A stretch of DNA of 64,000 bases. Source: Macrostomum lignano. Taxonomy: Eukaryota. Location: contig NIVC01000082.1 of NCBI GenBank assembly GCA_002269645.1, positions 1 through 64,000 on the forward strand, read 5' to 3'. The position numbers and the translations under genes were made by a program. The notes under the pieces were generated by a model that was not told the DNA's origin, searched no databases, and was given only the letters and a program-made list of their open reading frames with translations. Shown in pieces: positions 11,562-23,857 of the stretch (positions are counted from its first letter, which is position 1; every line of letters starts with the position of its first letter).

Positions 11562-14500
11562 CTACTTGAATTCGGCAGAAGATGGAGCCGCGACACTGGA
11601 AGTGAGTTCAGCCTCTTCAATGCCAACATTACTACTACTGGTAGTAGCGTGAGTAGCATTTCCAACCGTATTGTCACTGGCCAGCTTCTCTTGTTGCTGA
11701 TCGTACAACGAAGTTGACGACGATGATCGAGTCGAAGAATTCGACGAAGTTGACGATGAGATCAACTCCGGCGAGTTGCACGGCACTCGTTCATCTTCGT
11801 CGCGACTATCAACAAAGTCTTCAGTATGATTATTGCTACCGCTGTTATTGTTGTCCAGGTTGTCATTGTCGGCGGCGGCGGCTGACAGGCGGTAGTGATC
11901 CAGCCATTGGCACAGCAGCTGGTGCACCAGCGGGTGCGGCCGGCCGCAGCCCAGCCTGACGCGGCACATCAGCTGCTGGCCGCCGACTCCGCACCTGACG
12001 CAGTCGAGCCAGTCGGCTAGGAGAGACTCTCGCCTATTGGCCTCGTCGGCGGCTAGAAAGTGCACAGGTAGGCGGACGCCGTACCGATCGCACAACGGCA
12101 ACAGGCCGTAGGCGTTCCCGCCGCTCAGGCCGACAATATCCGGCCTACGCGACGGCGATTGCAACGGCATCAAAGCTGAGAAATGATTCTTAGTGTAGGC
12201 CAGGCACAACGGATTCCGGGAGCAGAATGCGCGTTCCCATAGCAACGGCAGGTAGACACCCTGAGAGGAATGTTTTTGGTTTTGTTTAAACCCTTCTCGA
12301 TATGTACCGAAAAAATATTATTGATTAATCTATAAGCTTAAACCGATATGTATCGAAACAACATTTGAAATCATCGATAAACTTAAGCCGATATGTATCG
12401 AAATAATATTATTGTCATCCATAAACCTACACCGATATGTAACGAAACAAGACTATTAATTCAGCTATGAACCTACACCGATATGTAACGAAATAATAAT
12501 ATTAAATCAGCTATGAACCTACACCGATATGTATCGAAACAATACTATTAATTCAGCTATGAAACTACACCGATATGTATCGAAACAATACTATTAATTC
12601 AGCTATGAACCTACACCGATATGTATCGAAACAATACTATTAATTCAGCTATGAACCTACACCGATATGTATCGAAACAATACTATTAACTAAGCTATGA
12701 ACCTACACCGATATGTATCGAAACAATACTATTAAATCAGCTATGAATCTTCGACGATATGTATCGAAAAGAGAGTACAAACCTGAAAGTTTGAATAGGC
12801 AATGGGCTCGTCTCGATAATTGCAGATAATCCTCACTCCCAAAATAATAATTGGTCGGCGAAGCACGTGGCACAGAGCGAATACGTGAATTTGCTCAAGG
12901 GACTCGCCAGGCATCCTGGCCCGGCGAAGCAAAGCCTCCCAGTCGCGACGCCATTGCGCTTCGCTCAACGAATAGCAGAGCAACGAGGTGGCCAGCTGTT
13001 GCTCTTCGTAGTCGCGCCAGCGACTGTAGAAAGCGTCCTCGCAGTCGTGCAGCGACTCGGACAGAGCCCGGCGCATGCTGTTGTCCTCGTCCAGGATGCC
13101 CCAGCTGGCTTGCAGGACGCTGTCCAGCAGGCAGTCCCCTGCTGTCCGGTTCCACAGCGCCCACATTCGAAAGGCGCCGCTGTCGGCTGGCCACCAGTTG
13201 ACGGCGCCAACCGATTCCAGTTCTGTTATCAATAATTATAGTGGCGCCGATATGTATTGAAAATAGAATAAATTATATATGATCTTTACAATATTTGGTT
13301 GGTTTCACATTGACCCTACTGATATGTATCGAAAATAAAAAAGCATTATCTTCAAAATATTCAAATCCGATCCTATATTGACCCTATCGATATGTATCGA
13401 AAATAGAATTAACTATTGTCTTCACAATATTCAAAGCCGATCCTACATTGATCCCACCGATATGTATCAAAAATTGAATAACTTATTATCCTCTCAAAAT
13501 TTAAAACCTGTCCTACCTAAAACCTATCGAAACCGACAAACCTACATTGACCAACGAACACAGGACCAATTATGAACATTAAACTTCCTTGGAATGAAAA
13601 ACGACAAAAAACGAAACACAGTCTACCGATATGTATCAAAAATACAGATCGAATAATTAATAGCGAACCTTTCTGCACAGCGGAATCGACTACATCGCTC
13701 ATTAGCTGATCTTGCACGTGCTGCGGCAGCTCGTGATAGCCCAGACTGGCGGGCAGATAGAACAGGCTGTGATCGTTTACGTAGAAGCAGGGCAGGGGGC
13801 CTTTGCGTTGACGCAGGCTGCCAATAACGTGGCGACGTATGTTGAGCGCAGTCTCTGGCGACACCTGGCAGGGTAGGCGCTTCGTGTGCGACCTGTAGTG
13901 TGGGATAGGGTAATTTTGTTTAAGAATATACCGACATGTATAATAGAGTTAGGTAGGTTAGAGTAGATTTTACTTTCCTATAAGCCAGTTTACCGGTGGG
14001 AAATAATCTCTACTCCAGAGTTTAGGGCAGATTCTTTGTCCCAGATGCTAGTTTAGGGTAGATTCCTGGTAGGTGTGCTGGTTTAGGGTAGATTCTTGGT
14101 AGGTGTGCTGGTTTAGGGTAGATTCTTGGTAGGTGTGCTGGTTTAGGGTAGATTCTTGGTAGGTGTGCTAGTTTAGGGTAGACTCTTGGTAGGTGTGCTA
14201 GTTTAGGGTAGATACTTTGTCCTAGATGCTAGTTTATGGTGGATTCTTGGAAGGTGTGCTAGTCTATGGTGGATTCTTGGTAGGTGTGCTAGTTTAGGGT
14301 AGATTCCTGGTAGGTGTGCTAGTTTAGGGTAGATTCCGGGTAGGTGTGCTAGTTTAAGGTAGATTGTTGGTAGGTGTGCTAGTTTAGGGTGGATTCTTGG
14401 TAGGTGTGCTAGTTTAGGGTAGATTCTTGGTAGGTGTGCTAGTTTAGGGTAGATTCTTGGTAGGTGTGCTAGTTTAGGGTAGATTCTTAATAGATGTGCT

Positions 14501-15767
14501 AGTTTAGGGTAGATTCCTGGTAGGTGTGCTAGTTTAGGGTAGATTCTTGGTAGATGTGCTAGTTTAGGGTAGATTCTTAATCCACAAACCTGAGATGCAC
14601 TGCCTGCACAAGCAGAGACATGAGCTGTTCCTGAGAGGCGCTGTATCTCACTAACAAGGATGATAAGCTCATGTTAGGCGCAAAGACAGCATTGCCGCGA
14701 TAGCGGTTCAACTGAGCAGCCTCGGCTTTAGTTAATCGCCTAGCAATCGAAGCCCCAGGAGCGTTGATGTAAGCCTCCACAGGGCCAGAGTCGCCGTCAA
14801 CTGCCGCTAGACAGGCGCACAGCCACAGAAAGTCGTGATCGTGATTAGGCGACTGCCGACCGCCGCAGATAACCGACGAACTGCCGCCGACACTGAAGCC
14901 GCCGCCGCCTCCGCCGGTGGCGCCCTCGGCAGGCGGACTCTCCGAGCGTCTCCGCTCGCACATGGCGCATTTAGCCGTGTTAGGCCAATTCTCGTACGTG
15001 CAAATCTTGCAAGCCCATTTGCCAAATGGATTTGTAGACTGATTTTGATGAGGCGGCGCAACGCCGGTTGCTAGGGACGCTGCCGAAGGATCCGGCGACG
15101 AAGACGACGTAGCCGATGGAGGAGCTGCCGGCGGCGGTGACGCTGAACTCGGAGGCGGGTTGGAGTTCTCAGTGTAGCACTGGACGCACCGGTGGGACCG
15201 CGGCCAGTTCAAGAAGGTGCAAGCCGGACAGGACCACTTCAGCTCCGACGGCGAGCCGGGCGGCCTGATCGGCGGCGACGTTCTAGCCCCGCCTGCCGCC
15301 GGCGTCGTTCTCGACATCGACGCAGCCGTCGTCGTCGTCGATTCATCGGCAATGACGGCATCGTCGGGCAGAATGCGGCGCCGACTCTGACGCTGGCGCT
15401 GTTTCTGTCTGCTACGTCGACGACTGCGACCGGCGGCCAGTTTGTAGATGTCTTCTTCTTCTTCCTCTTCGTCCTCGTCGCCTGTCCGGTTGCCATAGCA
15501 ACCGTCATCGTCTTCTTCATTGTCGTCGTCGTCATTTTCGCCGTCAGCTTCGCTCTGCTCGGCGGCTGACGTCGACAACGTTGTCGAATTGGTTTTTGAA
15601 TTCGCAGTTTTCGTCGTCGCAGTCGGAGCCCGACTGTTGTTGCCGCCGCTGTTGCTATTGGAAACGCCTACTAAGCACTTTTTAGTGCGGCAGCAGACGC
15701 AGTGACGGGACGCGGGCCAGTTGGCGTAGGTGCACACAGGGCAGGACCATTTTTCACGCTCTGTCAT
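11562..15767 (-). CDS. ZRANB1: TRABID/ZRANB1 OTU deubiquitinase (3 NZF fingers, AnkUBD, OTU), 846 aa
   Basis: Exons 15767-14590, 13892-13669, 13222-12783 and 12260-11562, phase-consistent. Three W-x-C-xx-C-T-[YF]-x-NWP NZF fingers, SLRQRKG, LWNRTAGDCLLDSVLQA (catalytic Cys), GVYLPLLWE and NHFSAL (catalytic His). Confidence 0.96.
12295..12770. repeat. 46-bp minisatellite in ZRANB1 intron 3 (core CCGATATGTATCGAAA)
   Basis: ACCGATATGT recurs at 12431, 12477 and onward with a 46-bp period. Confidence 0.92.
13245..13640. repeat. Degenerate copies of the CGATATGTATCGAAA motif in ZRANB1 intron 2
   Basis: About 6 spaced copies of the same core as the intron-3 array. Confidence 0.7.
14010..14580. 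repeat. 30-bp minisatellite filling ZRANB1 intron 1 (GTAGATTCTTGGTAGGTGTGCTAGTTTAGG)
   Basis: About 18 tandem units running up to the donor at 14589. Confidence 0.95.
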
Positions 15768-15854
15768 GTCATCAGTTGGGGTTACGGGGGAGTTGCTTTG
15801 CAATTGAAAACTACTGTTAGTAGCTTAATCAAATAATACGCCTGCTATTTCTAT

Positions 15855-15884
15855 TCTGTCTATGAAACATGTCTATCTGCCTAC

Positions 15885-15957
<73 letters not shown>

Positions 15958-15958
15958 C

Positions 15959-15993
<35 letters not shown>

Positions 15994-16010
15994 CATCTAT
16001 CCGTCTATCC

Positions 16011-16048
<38 letters not shown>

Positions 16049-16106
16049 TTATCTATCTATCTATTTATCTATCTATCTTTCTATCTATCTATCTATCCAT
16101 CTATCC

Positions 16107-16173
<67 letters not shown>

Positions 16174-16285
16174 CATGCATCTATTCATGTATCTATCTAC
16201 CTAGCTAGCTAGCTATCTATCTATTTATCTATCTATCTTCCTATCTATCTATCTATCCATGCATCTGTCTATCTATCTATTGATC
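15855..16285. repeat. (TATC)n microsatellite
   Basis: Direct observation. Confidence 0.97.
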
Positions 16286-17029
16286 TATCAATCGATGTAA
16301 CAGATGACCAGAAGTTAAGAACAAAGCAGACAAAAGGCAGACAAGAAAAAGTTAAAACCAAACGCAGTACAATAATAATAATAATAGTAATCGTTTAATA
16401 GGGGTTTTACCGTTTTTATTTTCAAATTGAAGATGTGGAATAGTCTCGTATATATTTTAGGTTAAATAGACGGGCCTACGTTGCCCTGTTTTACCAATTA
16501 GATTTTTAGCGACAAAGTCATAAAAGGGGATTGAACTGAGTAATATAGGGAGCAGACGGAGCAACAAGCCTTATTTATAATAATAATGGGCGATTGAGAA
16601 CACTGAACCGCAGAGGCAAAGCCGTAACAGTACACAGTAAGTACACGGGGTACTTGAAGAGGATGCACTATTAAGATGTACTATTATAACAATAACAAAT
16701 ACAATGGGTGAAGCGGTGAGAGCAGAAAAATAGGGCAGGGACTGGCAGTGGATCGACAGTAAATCTACTGGGTGTTTAGATTACCAGGAATCTAGTATGT
16801 ATACTACTTACTAACGTTTATGTATAGTAGCAAGGAGCGGGCATTAACATAAAAACTGGAGCGAAGTAGACATACAATTATAATGTTGGGAGCTGCAGAA
16901 AGGAAAGTTTGTGAAAAAGAACAATAGCAACAAACAAACAAGGAAAACGAAGAAGAAACAAATATTAATATGCAAAATAATGCGAAGTATGAATGCAGCA
17001 GACACGTATTGCCTTTTGCCTGGCTATCT

Positions 17030-17400
17030 GTCCTATCGATTTATCTGTTTATCTGTCCGTCTACCTATCTATCTATCTGTCTATCTATCTATCTACTGAT
17101 CTATCTATCTGTCTATCCGTCTACCTATCTATCTATCTGTCTATCTACTTATCTATCTGTCTATCTACTTATCTATCTATCTGTCTATCTACTTATCTAT
17201 CTGTCTATCTACTTATCTATCTATCTACTTATCTATCTATCTATCTATCTGTCTGTCTGTCTATCTATCTATCTACTGATCTATCTATCTGTCTATCCAT
17301 CTATCTATCTGTCTATCTACTTATCTATCTATCTATCTATCTTATCTATCTATCTGTCTATCCAGTTATAATAGAAAATTAGTCTGTCTCCCTTGGACAA
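17030..17400. repeat. (TATC/TGTC)n microsatellite
   Basis: Direct observation. Confidence 0.95.
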
Positions 17401-17869
17401 ACAGATCTATCTATGAATGTGTAAATATTTATTTACCCTGCCTATCAGCAGTTAGCCAAAGCAGACACAACTATAGCGCGCGTGAATGGAACAATTTAAA
17501 AACAAAAAAAACAGCAAAAATCATCAGAGATTGAGCGGAAAGGGCAGCCGATAGAGAGTGGAGGGCACACTAGAAACGAGAGAGGCTGCTTATGAATTAA
17601 TTTGTGGGCGGTGGCTTTTGAATAAATATAGATAGATAAATATTAATAGCAGAAAAGGTGCCGAACACGCGACTCGGGGGTCTCAGTCAGTCAGCCAGGT
17701 GAGGATTAGCAAGGTGATTAGCGAGTTAATAACAAAACAGGTTTGTCAAATCGGGGAAACGGGGAGTCTGTGGCGGAACTGTAGATGGGAGTTGTTTTAA
17801 AGTGCAAAAAAATGGGGCTCAGAATCCCATCTGCTTTCTTTTCGCGCGACTATCCGGAACTTATTCGGT

Positions 17870-18946
17870 TTACATAAAATCTAGCAGGCTAGGCGGTCCA
17901 GTCGGCATTAGCGATGGCACCTTGCTGCCGCTATTGCCGCCCTCAGCTTCAGCAGCTGGCTTAGGATTTCGCCAACCGCGCCGACCTCCGCGACCGACGC
18001 TGCCGCCGCCGCCGACTGGGTAACCAAGAAGTCCGCCAGCGGGCCAAGAGGCGTAGTCAGAAGACGCGATACCCCACAGTAGAGACTGCGGCTGCTGCTG
18101 CTGCTGTTGTCTGAAATCGAATCTCTGAGGCTGCTGATAATTAGCGCCGTAGCCGCCGTAATAGTCCGCTTCGAATTGATAATAATTACCGTAGCCGTCA
18201 GACTGGTTATGATAATAAGACCAATCGTCTTCGCTGTCGTACCAGCCGTCCAGGAGTGACGGGATGCCGCCAGTGCCGCGGTTGCTGCAGTCCAGCTCCA
18301 ATAGAGAGGGGATCTGGCCACTGGCCGGGGCCTCCCTATCACTAACGCTAGCGTTAGTAGCGCCCACTTCTCCATCATCATGTTCCGCCGTTCTCATCAT
18401 TACTCGATTATTAATACCGCAGACTTTTTTAGCCACAGGTCGATAAGCCGACGCAGCGTCCACAGTTTCGGGCTGCAATAACAGAGGCCTAATACCGCCA
18501 ACGCCCATACGCTTGCGAGCGCCGCTAGGCGTCACAATCAGGTCCATTAGAGACGGCACAGATGAAGATTGAACCTGCTTCTGTTTAGTTGATTCTCCAG
18601 TTGCCATGCCAGCCGGTTCATCCTGATCGTCAAGCGACAGCGCCATCTGATTGGAGTCGGTCAGTTCCAACAGTTCATCCTCGTCATCGTCTTGTTGCTG
18701 CTGCTGTTGATAGCCGCGCTGCTGCATCAGCCTCGGCGGCTCGTCGTGGTCGTCAAGGGCGTGCAAAGCGGCAGCGGTGGCTGCAGCAGCGGCTGCGGCA
18801 TCATCGGCATCAATGTCTGCGGCCACAGCGGCGGCTACGGCGGCAACAGCGGCAGCACTAGTAGTATTACTATTAGTAGCATTATTAGTGTCCATTGCAG
18901 ATAGCGACAGCGGTAGCGATGAGTCACTGCCAGTTTCGTCGCTCAT
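17870..18946 (-). CDS. Intronless 358-aa intrinsically disordered protein of unknown family (poly-A/Q, Y/G-rich and RGG segments, repeated PSL[LM][DE] motif)
   Basis: ATG-to-stop ORF in GC/CpG-rich sequence like the other exons, sharply bounded by AT-rich DNA; AG acceptor at 18960-18959. No recognised domain. Confidence 0.75.
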   Translation of the reverse strand: MSDETGSDSSLPLSLSAMDTNNATNSNTTSAAAVAAVAAAVAADIDADDAAAAAAATAAALHALDDHDEPPRLMQQRGYQQQQQQDDDEDELLELTDSNQMALSLDDQDEPAGMATGESTKQKQVQSSSVPSLMDLIVTPSGARKRMGVGGIRPLLLQPETVDAASAYRPVAKKVCGINNRVMMRTAEHDDGEVGATNASVSDREAPASGQIPSLLELDCSNRGTGGIPSLLDGWYDSEDDWSYYHNQSDGYGNYYQFEADYYGGYGANYQQPQRFDFRQQQQQQPQSLLWGIASSDYASWPAGGLLGYPVGGGGSVGRGGRRGWRNPKPAAEAEGGNSGSKVPSLMPTGPPSLLDFM

Positions 18947-20904
18947 TTGAAAATGAAGCTAAACCAACATGCAATTGTGGTAATTGTGTGATAATGAGTC
19001 ATTTAGAACATTCTATGTCTATTAGAACAAACCTAATGCCAAAAGCTCCATGCAAATTAACTAGATTAAAAGCATTATGGCACTAACCTACTTGAAATAA
19101 GAACTGTCAACAAGTTTCAGTTTTGCATATTTTAATATTTTTTGCTTTATCTTGCAAACTAAATCTTAAATCTTAAATATTTGAGATTAGCTCCAAAGCC
19201 AGTAACTTTTGTACAATTTTTTCTAATGATTATCACCTAATAAGCTATCTATAAGGAGGCATAGCCTTAGTGCTTCAAAGGCTAAACCTTAACTTCCAAT
19301 ATATAAAGTTATAAATATACATTAAAATATATAATTTCTAGCCAAAACAATGAAGCCTATGGGTATATTTTAAATTTAAAGCATATTAACTATTGTCTAT
19401 ATGGTAGGCCAGACATATTCAAGTCAACACGATATTGTGGTTATAATTTTTATAATGCCATAATTTAAAAAAAGTGTTTTTGAGGTGCTGATCCTACATT
19501 TAAGATTTATTTCAAAGTAACTTAACTTATAACTAATAACTTTTGTTACTACTGCCAATGATAAGCAATTATAAATAAAAATTTATAGTCAACAAAATCT
19601 TTAGAAATATAGCAGCAGCAGCAAGTATCTTACTCTATTAGTTGATAGTGACAGTTTATAGATAGCAACTGGTTAAATTAGTAATAGTTATAGCTAGAGT
19701 TAGATATTATAGTCACAGACAGTCTGTTAGAAAAAAATAATGCAGAACACAAAGCAAAGGTAACAGCAAATCAAGAAACTGGAAGATAAGCAGCATATTA
19801 TAGTGTGGCAACTTAAAAAAGAAACAAACTATAATATAGCAATTTTTTATATTTAAACAAAACCTAAAATTTTACCCTTTTTATTTTTAAATCTTGAATT
19901 TATTTCCAATTTTAAATATATGTCAAAGTAAAACAAAACAAAAGATCCATTTAGAATTAAAGAAGGCAGACATAAAGCCTATCTTTTATCTTATGATCAC
20001 AACAATGACAAATTTAAATGTAGAGGATTATAGCATGAAAGTAAATAAATTGAACATAGTTTAATTGTGAACTAAAATATGCAAAAAACTAACCAGACAG
20101 AAAGCAGGTATTAGATTGGAGACATGAAGTCTATATGTTTTGGTTTGGTATCTTTGGTATCTTTAGACATGAAGTCTATGTTTTGGTTTCATTGCATAAT
20201 CCCTTCAATGGAAACTAAGTATATTCTATAATGAAAGGAGATTGTAAGACAAAAGTGTAGGCAAAGGATTGCAACTAATGGCCATTATTGCAGATAGTAT
20301 CTAGTGCAGATTGGCTCCTAGTAGTACAGGCAGTCTGGTACACTGGCACAGTTTAGACCTTGGCTACAATATATTACAGCCTATATAGGACCCTATATAG
20401 GGTCTAGTCTATATAAAAGCATGCAAAAGATAAACTTAATAAAAAGCATAGACTAGATTTTAGTTAAGTGAGTCAATTTTTTGTTACAAAAAATGTTGTG
20501 ACCTTTTTTCATAGATACAAGACAAATTAAATAGAAAGTCTTGAAATCTAAAATGCTGTCACTCTTGATGAAATTTGAGCTTAAACTTAAGCCCTATAGG
20601 TATAAAACAAGAGTAACATGTAGTTATATTTATAGTGTAAAATGCCTCATTAAATAATTAGTTTAATAAGCAATCTAGTGCGGCCCCCCTTCGGGGCGCC
20701 CAATAAGAAAGGAGCAAGAATAGTTCATGGAAAACAATAAAAAAACACATTTTCTTAAACACTAATTCCTTCTTCACATTTTAAAAATCACCTTATTCGT
20801 GTAAAATTGTCACGGACTAAGATGTTTGCAAAATTAAAAAATCACTTTTTCTCTAAAGTTAACAAACAGTCAACAAAATATTGTTTCCCTAAATAGAAAA
20901 TATT

Positions 20905-21330
20905 CCCAAGACAGCAAGCAACCCCCTCCAAAAGTGAACAATCGCAGATAGCAAGCATCCTCTAATGCTCATAGCAAGAATCACCACAGATAGCAAGCAT
21001 CTGCAGATTAGCAAGCACCCCCCAGATATTATAGAAGCATCCACCCAGATAGCAAGCATTCTGCAGATAGCAAGCACCCCCCAGATATTATAGAAGCATC
21101 CTGCAGATAGCAAGCACCCCCAGATATTATAGAAGCATCCACCCAGATAGCAAGCATCCTGCAGATAGCAAGAATCCCTAAATAGCAAGCATCCTGCAGA
21201 TAGCAAGAATCCCTGAATAGCAAGCATCCCTGGATAGAAAGAATCCCATGCATGTAGCCAGTACCCCCTCTCCCAAATAGCAAGTATCCCCCCTTGAGAG
21301 CAAGCATCCACGAGACAGCAAGTAGCTAGT
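20905..21330 (-). repeat. Degenerate array of the same family as 1100-1835, in reverse orientation
   Basis: CAGATAGCAAGCATCC is the reverse complement of GGATGCTTGCTATCTG. Confidence 0.85.
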
Positions 21331-21344
21331 GCAAATGTTACTTC

Positions 21345-22680
21345 CGCTAATGCAATAATCACTTTCTCAGGTTGTGCAACAATCCACGTCTCAGCGAGCG
21401 CAATAATCTCTTTTTTAGACAGCGCAGTAATCAGCTTCTCAGCTAGTGCAATAATCCTTGGTTTATTAATAGCAATAATCCTTGATTAATCAAGTGCAAT
21501 AATCCTTGGTTTATCAAGTCCAATAATCCTTGGTTTATTAAGTGCAATAATCCTTGGTTTATCGAGTGCAATAATCCTTGGTTTATCTAGCGCAGTAATC
21601 CTTGGCTTATCAGGTGCAATAATCCTTGGTTTATTAAGTGCAATAATCCTTGGTTTATCGAGTGCAATAATCCTTGGTTTATCTAGCGCAGTAATCCTTG
21701 GCTTATCAGGTGCAATAATCCTTGGCCTATCAAGTGCAATAATCCTTGGCTTATCAAGTGCAGTAATCCTTGGCTTATCAAGTGCAATAATCCTTGGCTT
21801 ATCAAGTGCAATAATCCTTGGTTTATCAAGTGCAATAATCCTTGGTTTATCTAGCGCAATAATCCTTGGCTTATCAAGTGCAATAATCCTTGGTTTATTA
21901 AGTGCAATAATCCTTGGTTTATCAAGTGCAATAATCCTTGGTTTATTAAGTGCAATAATCCTTGGTTTATCAAGTGCAATAATCCTTGGTTTATCTAGCG
22001 CAGTAATCCATGGCTTATCAAGTGCAATAATCCTTGGTTTATCAAGTGCAGTAATCCTTGGTTTGCCAAGAGCAATAATCCTTGGTTTATTGAGTGCAGT
22101 AATCCTTAGTTTTCCAAGTGCAGTAATCCTTGGTTTATTAAGAGCAATAATCCTTGGCTTATCGAGTGCAGTAGTCCTTGGTTTATTAATAGCAATAATC
22201 ATTGAATAATCCAGTGCATTAATCCTTGGCTTATCAAGTGCAACATTCTTTACTATCAAGTGCAATAATCCATGGCTTATCAAGCGCTGTAATCCTTGGC
22301 TTATCAAGTGCAATAATCCTTGGTTTATCAAGTGCAATAATCCTTGGTTTATCAAGTGCAATAATCCTTGGTTTATCAAGCGCAGTAATCTTTGGCCTAT
22401 CAAGTGCAATAATCCTTGGTTTATCAAGTGCAGTAATCCTTGGCCTATCAAGTGCAATAATCCTTGGTTTATCAAGTGCAATAGTCTTTGGTTTATCGAG
22501 TGCAGTAATCCTTGGTTTTCCAAGTGCAGTAATCCTTGGTTTATTAATAGCAATAATCCTTGGCTTCTTGAGTGCAGTAATCCTTGGTTTATTAATAGCA
22601 ATAGTCCTTGGTTTATCGAGTGCAGTAGTCCTTGGTTTATTAGTAGCAATAATCCTTGGCTTATCGAGTGCAGTAATCTA
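21345..22680. repeat. 24-bp minisatellite (AGTGCAATAATCCTTGGTTTATCA), ~50 copies
   Basis: 8-aa periodic ORFs (DKPRIIAL / GLSSAIIL). Confidence 0.95.
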
Positions 22681-23857
22681 AGTGTTTTTATTTAGTCCTT
22701 TAATAAAACCTTTTTATAAAAAATTTTACACTACTACTTTTAAACTACTTAGATTCAAACCTAGGTCGCTGCGTTAGCAGTCTGGTCTGTTCAGCTCTAG
22801 GCTAGCTCTCATCGAAGTTATCAGTGATGTTGTACCACTTATATAATTCAACAGGTAGAGTAAAAAGTCTCACGAAGCAGTTATGACATAATCAATTTCT
22901 TAGGCAAGTCAGTACCAGTGTCTATGAAAGTTTACAATATGGTTACGTAATATAAATTCAGTACTGCGCTATGCTTTCACACTCAAAGCTGTGATGCAAT
23001 TCAATTGAGTGTCAAAACAGACGATAAATAAAAAGCCTATTGTGATGATGCAATCTATTTCAGAATCAGAATTCAACCAGTCAGTTTTTTCTCTAGCATT
23101 TTTACAATGCATTTCAAGTCGAAAGAGCTGCTTGACCTTTGCAAAAAAGCATGTTTTTTGAATATTTAATCCCTTTAGCATCGAGCAATTTCTTAGCCAA
23201 GATGCATGTACTGTCACGGGCAAATTTCTGATCGAACAGTGCAAGTTCGAAGAAAATCGGTCCAGCCATTCAGGAGAAAATCGATTTCATACAAGCAAAC
23301 AAGCAAGATTTTCATTTTTAGTATATGGAATATAGAATTGAAGGCAATGTATAGGTAAAATTAACAAATGCTTTTATTTTGCTTTCAAATTCTAAAGTAT
23401 AAATATACCATGTAATTATTCTATATCTAGATAACTCCTAGAACTAAAACTAGGCCTAACCCTACTATACAAGAAAGTTTGAACATTCCTAAATATAAAA
23501 TTAGTGATAAATATAACTAAGTCTTATATTGCCCAAAGCTTAGTAACTATATATTTAATTTATATAACTATATCTTTTCTACAATTTAAGACTATTCAAG
23601 TTAGTTTAGGAGTAGTATAAGCTGATATATAGAACTTTAAAAAACATGCATACTTTTACTACTTTCTAATATATGGTTCTAACTCTAGAGCTAGGATACT
23701 ATATGAAAACATTTGTTTTTTATTATGCAAATATATTCATATTCATGCTAAATAAAAATATAAAAAATGACACCAAACTTAACAGCAAACTTTGCTAGCT
23801 GGCAACTGGATTTCCAACCTTAGAAAAAACCCAGCACTAAAGTCCTTATTTATAGTT

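Noticed and set aside
14807-15705. Plus-strand ORFs overlapping ZRANB1 exon 1; similar antisense ORFs overlap the other GC-rich exons
   Set aside because: Shadow ORFs expected from high GC content.
20675-20702. GC hairpin followed by CTAG on the minus strand, like a Helitron 3' end
   Set aside because: The next base is A rather than the expected T, and no matching 5' TC end or second copy was found.
21486-22681. 387-aa (DKPRIIAL)n ORF resembling a repeat protein
   Set aside because: 24-bp satellite open on both strands, with no unique flanking coding sequence or splice context.
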